Below, in pieces: positions 36,078 through 45,078 of a stretch of DNA of 64,000 nucleotides. Origin of the DNA: Bacteroidales bacterium (lineage in GTDB: Bacteria > Bacteroidota > Bacteroidia > Bacteroidales > JAADJA01); the NCBI GenBank assembly GCA_020438135.1, contig JAGQVF010000083.1, forward strand, positions 4,415-68,414, given 5' to 3'. The first letter of the stretch is position 1. The number at the start of each line of letters is the position of its first letter. The notes below the pieces were generated by a model that saw only the letters and a program-made list of their open reading frames with translations, had not been told where the DNA came from and ran no database searches. A program made the position numbers and the translations under genes.

Positions 36078-36787
36078 TCTGATTTGTTATCATTTTCATA
36101 AATGTACCGGATCATTCTGTTTTTTGCCGTTTCAATCGATCTTTCTTCCTCACGTCTGCTTTCTTCAGCCTTTATTTCTTCCATCTCCTCTTCAATTTCC
36201 CAGTTATACTTTTTTCTTTTCGGGCCATCCTTCCTGAAATAGAAGGCCAGCACGGAACCCGCTATCAAACCCCAGAAGTGAGATTCGTAGGAGATGTTTT
36301 TTTCGGGGTAAAAATCGGGGAATATGCCCCAAACAAGACTGCCATAAAGAAATGTGACCAGCATGGTTATTGCCAGCAACCTGATATCTTTTCTGAATAT
36401 TCCGCTAAAAAACAGAAAAGCTGCCAGTCCATAAACCACACCTGATGCTCCTATGTGGTAAGCTTCGCGGGCCCCCACCCAAACACTTATTCCACTGATA
36501 AGATAGATTAAAACAATGGTTTTTAAAGCTATTTCTTTGTAAAAATAAAGAATGCAGGAGCCGAGGACAAACAGTGGGATAGAATTTGCGAACAGATGTT
36601 TCAGGTCGGCATGGATCATTGGCGCAGTAATAATGCCTATCAAACCCGTAAAACTTCGTGGATATACGCCCAAAAAACCGAGATCGATATGCGCGAGTAT
36701 TTCTCCAAGTTTAATGATCCAGAGTAAGGTCAGGAACAAAAGAGGAGGAACCATACTTCGGATAATATTCGTTTTTTCGTTTGCCAT
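36074..36787 (-). CDS. Rhomboid-family intramembrane serine protease
   Basis: 6 TM helices. Catalytic GASGVVYG, and His in SHFWGLIAG. An acidic C-terminal tail follows. The gene overlaps aat by 4 nt. Confidence 0.85.
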   Translation of the reverse strand: MANEKTNIIRSMVPPLLFLTLLWIIKLGEILAHIDLGFLGVYPRSFTGLIGIITAPMIHADLKHLFANSIPLFVLGSCILYFYKEIALKTIVLIYLISGISVWVGAREAYHIGASGVVYGLAAFLFFSGIFRKDIRLLAITMLVTFLYGSLVWGIFPDFYPEKNISYESHFWGLIAGSVLAFYFRKDGPKRKKYNWEIEEEMEEIKAEESRREEERSIETAKNRMIRYIYENDNKSD

Positions 36788-36891
36788 CCGGTCTGCTCAT
36801 CAATAGTTATACCATCGCTAATTTAAACAAAAATTTACCCTGAAAGGAATCTGTACAGGCATGATTTATTTGGATCGTTGGATCATTTCTT

Positions 36892-36899
36892 TACTTTTG
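36892..36899 (+). promoter_or_regulatory. Bacteroidetes-type -7 box TACTTTTG
   Basis: Matches TAnnTTTG, 17 nt upstream of the ATG at 36916. Confidence 0.45.
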
Positions 36900-36915
36900 C
36901 CCTAAATTGATCAAA

Positions 36916-37986
36916 ATGAAAAAGTTTACATTTTTTTTCGCAGGACTTGCACTGGCCTTATCGTTAAAAGCACAGCTTACGATCACACAGTCAGATATGC
37001 CTCAGGCGGGAGATACCATACGGTTGAGCACAACTATTGATTTGGGTCTGATAGATTATGAAACCACCGGTGAAGGCATAACCTGGGATTTCAGTTCGTT
37101 GATGCCGCTGGCGCAACGAGTAGATTCTTTTGTGTCGGTTCAGCAAACCCCCTGGGTATATCAGCTTGTTTTTTTCGGTGCTGCCAACCTGGCACAGCCA
37201 CTTCAGGAATTTGATCAGTTTCCCGGATTCCAGGTGACAGATGTTTATAATTTTTATAAGAACAGTGCTTCGGATTACCGGTTGTCAGGATACGGAGTTA
37301 CCCTGAACAGCATTCCGGTTCCAACAAAATTTGGCACCGCAGACATCATTTATCATTTTCCTGTTAACTATGATAATCTTGATTCATCGCAATCGTCTTA
37401 TCAGTTTGCTATTCCGGGGCTCGGTTATTCCGGCGGATGGAAAAAAAGGATTAACCATGCCGATGGTTGGGGAACTTTGATCACCCCTTTCGGTTCATTT
37501 GAAACGATCCGTATCAAAACCGAGGTAACCCAATATGATAGCCTGCATATTGATTCTTTGGGCATCGGGTTTCCGGTTTATCGTCAATTCACAGAATATA
37601 AATGGCTTGGGAATGATTTTGGCCTACCCCTGTGTGAAATTACCAAAGAGGGGCTACTTACTACCGTCAATTATATTGATTCGGCAAGGGTTTTATTTAC
37701 CAATACTGAGACTGCAATTGAACCGGGTCAAACCATATCAGTTTATCCGAATCCTGTTAGCGAGCATATTTATATTGCATTTGGAGGCCGGTTAACTTCC
37801 GATGCTCAGGTTACAATATTTAATTCAACAGGAAAAATGGTTTACTCACAGGCCATACCTGCTTATAGTTTAAATCAAGGTGCCTTTACTATTAAAATTG
37901 ATGAAGCAGGAATGAAACCAGGAATATATGTTGCGCTTATTAAAACGAAAAATGAAGAAGTTGTTAAAAAGTTGCTTGTTCGTTAA
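36916..37986 (+). CDS. Secreted protein of unknown function with T9SS type-A C-terminal domain
   Basis: Signal peptide MKKFTFFFAGLALALSLKAQ. C-terminal domain ISVYPNPVSEHIYIAF...GIYVALIKTKNEEVVKKLLVR. Confidence 0.7.
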   Translation: MKKFTFFFAGLALALSLKAQLTITQSDMPQAGDTIRLSTTIDLGLIDYETTGEGITWDFSSLMPLAQRVDSFVSVQQTPWVYQLVFFGAANLAQPLQEFDQFPGFQVTDVYNFYKNSASDYRLSGYGVTLNSIPVPTKFGTADIIYHFPVNYDNLDSSQSSYQFAIPGLGYSGGWKKRINHADGWGTLITPFGSFETIRIKTEVTQYDSLHIDSLGIGFPVYRQFTEYKWLGNDFGLPLCEITKEGLLTTVNYIDSARVLFTNTETAIEPGQTISVYPNPVSEHIYIAFGGRLTSDAQVTIFNSTGKMVYSQAIPAYSLNQGAFTIKIDEAGMKPGIYVALIKTKNEEVVKKLLVR

Positions 37987-39139
37987 CCTGCAAAATTGTA
38001 AACTCTTTTTTCCTCTTACTAAAATTGATTATATACGAATTGCCTGTTTCTACCTGATAAATCTGGTAGTCCATTCTGGCATCCCGAAACCTGATATAAA
38101 TGTTAATCTTTTGACCGAATTCGATTTTACCCGAATTATTTCCAGCTATGTTGTAAGGCTGCCATTGTTGTTGATCAAGGCTGAGTTGAAACCTGAATTC
38201 ACGGTTTGATTGGTTGGTGATTATGAGCGAAGAATGATCGATATTGTCATTTGCAAACCTTTGAGCTTTTGCATGTTGTAAACTGTCGATAGGAATTGGG
38301 TCCGGTAAATCCAGGTGAAGCCTTTCCGGTTTAAACTGATTTCTGAAATAATTACCTTTTTCACCCAGCCTTCTTTTACCAGGCCCGGCGGTTTCTGCTA
38401 TCAGATATTTGTCGCCATCGAAACGGATAAATGTATCATAGCTGTCGGGTTCACCCTTAATTGCTGAAAGTACATGCCGCGATTGATTGAGGAAAATAAT
38501 ATCATCCCCAGGAATGAGATACATCAGAATTCCGGCGAAAAGGAGAACTTTTGAATCACAATCGCCATACCCTTCAATCAGCAATTTGGGAGGAGGACTA
38601 ACGCCACCGAAATGCCTCCCTTTTTTTTCGTAGGTAGGAATTCCATACGGTATATCCTGCACAAATCGCATTGCAATTTCGATACGGTTCAACCGTGAAT
38701 CTTTCCCATAATCTCTCAATGATGAAATCAGCATTTCTGCAATGGGCTTGCAAAATGTTTCACTATAATAGGCAAGAACAGCACTTTTATCTACCTCGAT
38801 GGTATTGTCGTTAAGCACAAATAACCCGGATTGCAATATCTTCATTCTTTCGATGCGGTTGGCTTCCGTGTCAGAGTAAGGCTCAAACATCCATGTTGGA
38901 ATTCCAAACCGGTCAATCATCTCTCCTGTAGTTGTTTTCGGTAAAGTAAGGTTATAGGTCTGGAGGGTGGAAAAAATGTCTGAAAATGTATATTTGATAG
39001 TCCAGTTGTCCTCATTTTCAGATACTTCATAACGGACATGGGGGTTCTTTTGATACTTCGATTGAGCAAAAACCCATATGGGTAGAATAATCAGTGATGC
39101 TACTACAATGGGGAAAAACAAACCAGCTTTTTTTGACAT
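37964..39139 (-). CDS. Secreted hypothetical protein with a transglutaminase-like Cys-peptidase-type motif
   Basis: Signal/anchor FFPIVVASLIILPIWVFAQ. RFVQDIPYG...GYGDCDSKVLLFAGIL...SRHVLSAI resembles the Cys/His core of the transglutaminase-like superfamily, but this is a weak call. Its 3' end overlaps the convergent gene by 23 nt. Confidence 0.5.
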   Translation of the reverse strand: MSKKAGLFFPIVVASLIILPIWVFAQSKYQKNPHVRYEVSENEDNWTIKYTFSDIFSTLQTYNLTLPKTTTGEMIDRFGIPTWMFEPYSDTEANRIERMKILQSGLFVLNDNTIEVDKSAVLAYYSETFCKPIAEMLISSLRDYGKDSRLNRIEIAMRFVQDIPYGIPTYEKKGRHFGGVSPPPKLLIEGYGDCDSKVLLFAGILMYLIPGDDIIFLNQSRHVLSAIKGEPDSYDTFIRFDGDKYLIAETAGPGKRRLGEKGNYFRNQFKPERLHLDLPDPIPIDSLQHAKAQRFANDNIDHSSLIITNQSNREFRFQLSLDQQQWQPYNIAGNNSGKIEFGQKINIYIRFRDARMDYQIYQVETGNSYIINFSKRKKEFTILQVNEQATF

Positions 39140-39195
39140 ACTTTTTGAAACGGTAGTCGGGGAATGTTATTTTGCCTGTTGAAAAAATGATGATT

Positions 39196-41538
39196 TTATT
39201 TCAGCACATCCGCCATGAATCTTTTGGTATTGAGTTTATAGGTAACCCCAACCGTGATGAACCAATATTTATCATCTTTAAACCTGATTTTCCCGTCGAG
39301 CTGGTCGCTGCTAATATAGCGAGATGTAAGTTCAGCTTCCAGGTTAATCTGGTCATTCAGGGTATAGGATACTCCAATTCCCATTGGTATCATAAATTCA
39401 GTTACAGCTTTCGATTTGGCCGGACTCGGACCATTTGCCTCAATGTCTTCGCTGATAACATCATAACCAAACCCATTCACCACATCACCTTCATCATTTC
39501 GTAACAAAACCCTGTAGTTGATCAAACCAAGGCCTAAAAAACCATAGGGTTTGAATTTCTCAAATCTGAAATTATGGTTAGGCCATTTTTTCAGGTAAAC
39601 CTTAAAATTGAGGTTAAATTCCTTGAATTTATTTTCGAAGTTCTGCTGGTTTTTCTCCCCTTTCATTTTTCCAAAATTTATCTGGAATCTTCCATGTCCG
39701 TCAATCATACCTGTTGAAATGACTTTTTTTTCAGCCGAAACTCCATAAACACCCGGGAAAACCAAAACTTTATTTACATCCACATCTCCTCTGAACAATG
39801 ATAATCCAAATTGTCCTGTAAAATACCAGTTGTCTTTCCATGTTGGCATGCTCAGTGAATAATAGCGACCACCTCCTTTCGGGATGATCCGCTTCATTTT
39901 ATGCTCCAGTTTCCATGTATCGGATTTAAAAGCAATGAGTGAAAAGCGGACATAAAATTCATCCAGGTTGTTTTTTGCCACTACCTTGGCGGTTTCGTCA
40001 TCCCTGATAAACTTGTGCGTAACCGCAATCACCGAGTTGTTGCCTTCAGCATTATAATCCTCCGTAATGGTGTTGTAAGCTTTTTGTAAACCTTCAGTAA
40101 ATGTTGATTCGCCTTCGATATATATGATATTCGAAGCTTTTACTGAAATCATTTCCAATTCCTTGGGAGTGAAAATGATTTTTCTCGGATTGATATCATA
40201 ATTGGTGGAATAGATCAATAATTTAACCTCATAGGTCCCGTCGATCTTTTCCTTGTTGTTGAGCATAAATTTATAAGCTTTCAGCGATTGTGTAAGTTTT
40301 TTTCTTTCAAAATATACATCCGCCGCATCCATCATCAGAATGATCCGGTGAGTAGGTTTCAATGTTACAACTGCCGGAATTTTAGTTGTTTCCGGGGTTT
40401 TTGAAACTTCGTCACTTTGCTTTTCCTGGGTTGTAGTTACTGCAGCAATTTCAAGACCTTCGGGGGTTAAGGCAGTCTCTGTTTCCCCGGAACCAACCTC
40501 TGGCTGTTGTTCCGAAGGTATTTCTTCTGAAGTGGTTTCTGCAATGGCAACAGGTTGTTGTGTCACGATGGGTTTATTGTCGGTAACGCTGATTATTCCT
40601 GACCGCTCGGTTCCAACAAACAATTGATTATCATGCCAGGCCATTGTGGTTACTTCATCATCCGGCAGGGAAGAATTCTGAAAATCATATACAGTCCAGT
40701 TTTTCCCATCAAATACATTGATTCCACCGATATAGGTTCCGATCCATTTGTTGTTTTTTTCGTCAATTCTGATCGGTCTTATGTTGTCGTCAGTCAGGCC
40801 TGTATTTGAGCTGTTGTATTTGATCCAGAAAACATCATTAAACACGGCAATTCCGCCACCACCTGTTCCAATCCATTTTTTGTTTTCTTCATCAACTGCT
40901 ATGGAATAGATATAATCATTGGGTAGCTTGGAGTTTCGCTCGGTATATACATTCCAGTTTTTACCGTCAAAAGAGGCAACGCCACCACCCTGAGTGCCAA
41001 GCCACAATAAACCTTTTTTATCTTTAGTTATGCAAACAACCTTATTGGAGAGGAGTGGTGAGTTTTCATCATTATAGATTGTCCAAATACCGCTGTTGAG
41101 GTGAGCCAAACCACCGAAGTAGGTGCCTACCCAAACTGAGCCGTCATCATCGCAAAACATCGACATCACCACATTAGACGGTATTCCTGAGTTGGATGTT
41201 TTGTAAACTTCCCAGGATGTACCATCAAAACGGGCTAGTCCGCCACCATCGGTGCCGATCCATTTCACATCGTTTTTACCGATGGCAATAGAGTTTACAT
41301 AATTATGCGGTAATTCCGAATTTGAGGTGTTGTAAACAGTCCATTTTTCATTCTCAAAACAGGCGATTCCTCCCATATAGGTGCCAACCCACATGGTGCC
41401 TTTTTCATCAAATGAAATACTTTTGATAGTTTGATTAGGAAGCCCGGAATTTTCGGAATTGATTACATCCCAGGAGTAATCTTGTCCCATTACCGGACTC
41501 ACGATCAGTAGCAGATATATCAGCTTCGTTCGTAACAT
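39196..41538 (-). CDS. Secreted protein: Reg_prop-type beta-propeller repeats + acidic linker + degenerate VWA-like domain + C-terminal outer-membrane beta-barrel-like domain
   Basis: I prefer the ATG at 41538 (MLRTKLIYLLLIVSPVMGQD). There are ~8 repeats of W[VI]GT..GG[LI]..[FY]...W..Y. A T/E/P-rich linker follows, then IILMMDAADVY..IEGESTFTEGLQKAY..VIAVTHKF. The C-terminus has alternating-hydrophobic strands ending WFITVGVTYKLN. Confidence 0.7.
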   Translation of the reverse strand: MLRTKLIYLLLIVSPVMGQDYSWDVINSENSGLPNQTIKSISFDEKGTMWVGTYMGGIACFENEKWTVYNTSNSELPHNYVNSIAIGKNDVKWIGTDGGGLARFDGTSWEVYKTSNSGIPSNVVMSMFCDDDGSVWVGTYFGGLAHLNSGIWTIYNDENSPLLSNKVVCITKDKKGLLWLGTQGGGVASFDGKNWNVYTERNSKLPNDYIYSIAVDEENKKWIGTGGGGIAVFNDVFWIKYNSSNTGLTDDNIRPIRIDEKNNKWIGTYIGGINVFDGKNWTVYDFQNSSLPDDEVTTMAWHDNQLFVGTERSGIISVTDNKPIVTQQPVAIAETTSEEIPSEQQPEVGSGETETALTPEGLEIAAVTTTQEKQSDEVSKTPETTKIPAVVTLKPTHRIILMMDAADVYFERKKLTQSLKAYKFMLNNKEKIDGTYEVKLLIYSTNYDINPRKIIFTPKELEMISVKASNIIYIEGESTFTEGLQKAYNTITEDYNAEGNNSVIAVTHKFIRDDETAKVVAKNNLDEFYVRFSLIAFKSDTWKLEHKMKRIIPKGGGRYYSLSMPTWKDNWYFTGQFGLSLFRGDVDVNKVLVFPGVYGVSAEKKVISTGMIDGHGRFQINFGKMKGEKNQQNFENKFKEFNLNFKVYLKKWPNHNFRFEKFKPYGFLGLGLINYRVLLRNDEGDVVNGFGYDVISEDIEANGPSPAKSKAVTEFMIPMGIGVSYTLNDQINLEAELTSRYISSDQLDGKIRFKDDKYWFITVGVTYKLNTKRFMADVLK

Positions 41539-41582
41539 GTATAGCCGTTCTTGGTAAAACACATACCTACTACGATTATACA

Positions 41583-41590
41583 CAAAATTA
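41583..41590 (-). promoter_or_regulatory. Bacteroidetes-type -7 box (TAATTTTG on the - strand)
   Basis: The + strand reads caaaatta. Its position supports the downstream ATG at 41538 rather than the ORF-track start at 41583. Confidence 0.4.
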
Positions 41591-41653
41591 TGTTACCAAA
41601 TAAATCTAAATTCAGGAGATTAATCCATTTTTAGGAAAATGTCCCGCCTGAAA

Positions 41654-44600
41654 TTATTCGTGTACGAGTTTTATACTATATAATGTATCTCCTGAAATGA
41701 CCTTTCCATAATAAACTCCTTTGCTAACGGTTTTTCCAGCGGCATTTTTGCCATCCCATTCAAAGATACTCGTTTCGCAATTTATGCAACGTTGCTGAAT
41801 TTCCCTGATTAGTATTCCTGTTGCATTGTAAATTTTGATTGTGTTTTGTTCAGCTGTTTTCCCCCCTGTCTGAATCAGCACATGGTCAGAAAATGGATTG
41901 GGGTATGCATCAATTTTAGTATTCAGCATCACGGAATTTATTCCAACAGTTGTGTCTGCTATGATATATCCGGGTTTGAGTAATGTGTCGGATGATAACC
42001 CATTGCTGATTACCAGTTTAACTGAATATTCTCCCTGATCAACATAAGTGTATATAGGGTTTTGCTCATCCGAATCAAACGTTCCGTCGTTGTTAAAATC
42101 CCAATGCCATTCTGTGATATCACCCAATGAAAGATCAGTAAATTCAACTTCCAGCGGGATGTAGCCTTGTAATGGATTGGCAACAAAATCGGCAGCAAGA
42201 AGGCTCGCATTCAAACCGCCCGAATAGCACTTAATGTTGCCTTGTCTGCCGCCTGCAACCATTTCCCATGAACCATCTCCGTTGATATCGGGGATAGCTG
42301 CAATAGCATCCAAAGGTTCTCCGTAGTCTTCTGAGAATAATTCATTTCCATTGGCGCCATCAATAAAATAAACGTAGTTGCTGCCAAACAGGGTTCCTGT
42401 CACCATGTCGCTGATCCCATCTCCTGTGATGTCAGCAATTTTGTCGATGTTCCAAACTTTATCGGCCAGAGAAGTGAGCCAGATGTTGCTTCCATCCAGA
42501 CCATCAATCATCAACGCATTTGTTCCGCTGTAGCCTAATGAAATGTCAGCATATCCGTTGCCATTTACATCATCCATCCGTTCGAATCGCAAAATGATGT
42601 TATTTCCCGCAGAACCACTTTGAAAGGCACTGCCACTGCCCGGGTCAATCAGGTAATAATTACCTGCAAAGTCTCCTGCAATGATGTCAGAGATTCCATC
42701 CCCCGTGGCATCATCAAGTTGCTCCAGTGCCCACACACTTGTTCCGGCTGTGGTAAAGGTCCATTGTGTGTTTCCGCTGCTTCCGTCAATACCAAACACT
42801 TTACCTTCGGTTTCACCGTTGTTCGATCCACCTCCAATCACATCTGGAAGATCATCACCGTTGAAGTCCTGAACTCCGATTATTGAAAATCCCGGTCCGT
42901 CGATGTAGTTGTCCCAGATCAGGGAACCATCGGTTCCATTGAGGCAGAAAAATCTTTTGGGTCCTGTGTTATTTCCATCGTTTCCGGCACAGGCGAGCAC
43001 ATCACTGATGCCATCACCGTCGTAATCGTATTTCGTCCAGACCTGGTAAACCCAACCGCCGTCACCATATATGTGCGTGTCGAAAATCCAAAGTAATGAA
43101 CCAGTAGATCCGGATAGTGCTTTCACCGCTTTCACTGCACCCGTGAGACCCACGATTACATCACTGAAGCCATCGTTGTTTATATCTTCGATAATGGTTA
43201 CATCGTTTTGTCCCTGTACACTTCCGGCCTCATTTTCCCAAATCAAATCGGCTATACCGTCGGAGTTCCCATTAAAACAACGCACATAATCGTCTTCACT
43301 GCAAATGATTACATCACCTATTCCATCACCGGTAACATCATTTATCGGAGCTATGCCTTTTATACTATTGTCAAATGAAGTATTAATTGTATAATTCCAA
43401 AAGGTTTCACCGATGGGATAATCCTGCTCATTTCCTGATCCTTCAAAAGTTAATTCAATCGGGTCCTGTGACGCATCGTTGTGATAAATCTGGGCAATGG
43501 ATTCATAATCGGTTGCTTCTTCAGGATTGAACCAAATGCCAACACCAATGGTCTCCAAAACGCTGATGGTAAGTGGAAGCTGTAAATTATAGTCATAATA
43601 AAAATGTTCATCTTCGAATGTAATGTCCGAAACTTCAAGATCTTCATTACCGTCATTTGTAATTTCCATAATCCAACGGGTTGTTGCGCTGGCTCTCACA
43701 GAACCGTAATCGTGGAATAAAACGGGTATGTTGATGTGTGGCCCGGCAAACACTGCCTCACCACCGATTGTCAATTCAACTTCCGGATTAACCGGATCAT
43801 TTGATTCGATGGTTGCTATTGTATTCAATGTTCCTGATTCGGTGGGTTTGAAGATAAACTCGATGCTGTTGCTGTTTCCGGGATCTATGGTAAAAGGAAA
43901 TGCCTGGTAGGTGAACAGAGGCACGGCACCGGGGAAGGCTACATTGTTTACTTCAAGAGGCGCTGTTCCTGAATTATTGATGGTGCAATTCCAAACAGCA
44001 GAATCTCCAACCGCTACAACTCCAAAATCATAATTTGTAACAGGAACATTGATAGCGGGGGTGCCGGCACCTCCCAGGTCCACTTTATAAAGCGTGCTCG
44101 GAGAAGAAAGGGGGCCATCGATGTACCAGAGATACTGCCCATCGAACACAATGCCAGCAGGGCGGTCGTCTTCACAGGCATGCGATTCGAGAATCGCACC
44201 CGTTTGATCAATCTTAAACAACATATTAGCATAATAATCTGCAACCCAGAGGTTATTACCCTCCATACACAAATCCCAGGGTTGATCGGCCGGAGTGTTA
44301 ATTTGAGCAATGATGTTACCTGATCCATCCACTTTGTAAATGGTACCCGGATCGGGATAATAGGTTGCCACCCAAAAATCACCATTATCCCATGCAATTC
44401 CCGACATGTAGTGATCAGGTAAATCGAATTGCGACAAAATGGACCCGGTTAGGTCAAGTTGCAGTGCGTAAGCCGGATCTCCGCTACTTAAGCCATGATC
44501 AGTTATCCACAAATCGGTGCCGTCAAAGGTCATTCCATAGGTATCGTTGATCGTTGCATTCAAAAATTGTAAATTACTTTGGCCTGTGGATGGATCAAAC

Positions 44601-44803
44601 CGGTAAATTTCATCCCCGTTTGCCCCATATATTCCATAATAAATATAGGTGCCATCCCAGGCAAGGCCTGAGGCTTTACCCGAAATTGTATGGGTTTCTA
44701 ATATGGTCCAGTCCTTCGGATCTTTTTCTCCGGGAACGGATGAAGAAAGTTGATTTGATATTACGACCATTAAAAATGCGAGAAGTAAATTATTCCGTTT
44801 CAT
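41654..44803 (-). CDS. Secreted beta-propeller / FG-GAP (VCBS)-repeat / PKD-domain protein with T9SS type-A C-terminal domain
   Basis: I prefer the ATG at 44803 (MKRNNLLLAFLMVVISNQL). FG-GAP-like loops include DVTGDGIGDVII, DINNDGFSDVIVG and DYDGDGISDVL. PKD domain: VEFTDLSLGDITEWHWDFNNDGTFDSDEQNPIYTY..GEYSVKLVISN. C-terminal domain: IDAYPNPFSDHVLI...GVYYGKV. Confidence 0.8.
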   Translation of the reverse strand: MKRNNLLLAFLMVVISNQLSSSVPGEKDPKDWTILETHTISGKASGLAWDGTYIYYGIYGANGDEIYRFDPSTGQSNLQFLNATINDTYGMTFDGTDLWITDHGLSSGDPAYALQLDLTGSILSQFDLPDHYMSGIAWDNGDFWVATYYPDPGTIYKVDGSGNIIAQINTPADQPWDLCMEGNNLWVADYYANMLFKIDQTGAILESHACEDDRPAGIVFDGQYLWYIDGPLSSPSTLYKVDLGGAGTPAINVPVTNYDFGVVAVGDSAVWNCTINNSGTAPLEVNNVAFPGAVPLFTYQAFPFTIDPGNSNSIEFIFKPTESGTLNTIATIESNDPVNPEVELTIGGEAVFAGPHINIPVLFHDYGSVRASATTRWIMEITNDGNEDLEVSDITFEDEHFYYDYNLQLPLTISVLETIGVGIWFNPEEATDYESIAQIYHNDASQDPIELTFEGSGNEQDYPIGETFWNYTINTSFDNSIKGIAPINDVTGDGIGDVIICSEDDYVRCFNGNSDGIADLIWENEAGSVQGQNDVTIIEDINNDGFSDVIVGLTGAVKAVKALSGSTGSLLWIFDTHIYGDGGWVYQVWTKYDYDGDGISDVLACAGNDGNNTGPKRFFCLNGTDGSLIWDNYIDGPGFSIIGVQDFNGDDLPDVIGGGSNNGETEGKVFGIDGSSGNTQWTFTTAGTSVWALEQLDDATGDGISDIIAGDFAGNYYLIDPGSGSAFQSGSAGNNIILRFERMDDVNGNGYADISLGYSGTNALMIDGLDGSNIWLTSLADKVWNIDKIADITGDGISDMVTGTLFGSNYVYFIDGANGNELFSEDYGEPLDAIAAIPDINGDGSWEMVAGGRQGNIKCYSGGLNASLLAADFVANPLQGYIPLEVEFTDLSLGDITEWHWDFNNDGTFDSDEQNPIYTYVDQGEYSVKLVISNGLSSDTLLKPGYIIADTTVGINSVMLNTKIDAYPNPFSDHVLIQTGGKTAEQNTIKIYNATGILIREIQQRCINCETSIFEWDGKNAAGKTVSKGVYYGKVISGDTLYSIKLVHE

Positions 44804-45035
44804 AGATGTAGATTTTATTTTCTGTTCAAAATGAAGATTCGAAGTCAAGTTTCGAAAATTTTCTGAAATCCGAGATAAATGTATAAAAAGTAGCCTTTCC
44901 ATGGGTAACTAATTGTCAATATCTTGTGGTTGTGTCGCTGTAACTTGTTCGTTGATTGTAATTTGTGAATATTGTATATAAGCCAACCATTTTGCCTGTG
45001 AACCCATGTGAAGCAAAATCATGCCAAAAAGTTTG

Positions 45036-45058
45036 TACTTTTGATCGAAATAATTTTG
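45036..45058 (+). promoter_or_regulatory. Two -7 boxes (TACTTTTG at 45036..45043, TAATTTTG at 45051..45058) upstream of dnaX
   Basis: Both match TAnnTTTG. The dnaX ATG is at 45079. Confidence 0.4.
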
Positions 45059-45078
45059 AACGATTTTAACATTCAGGG

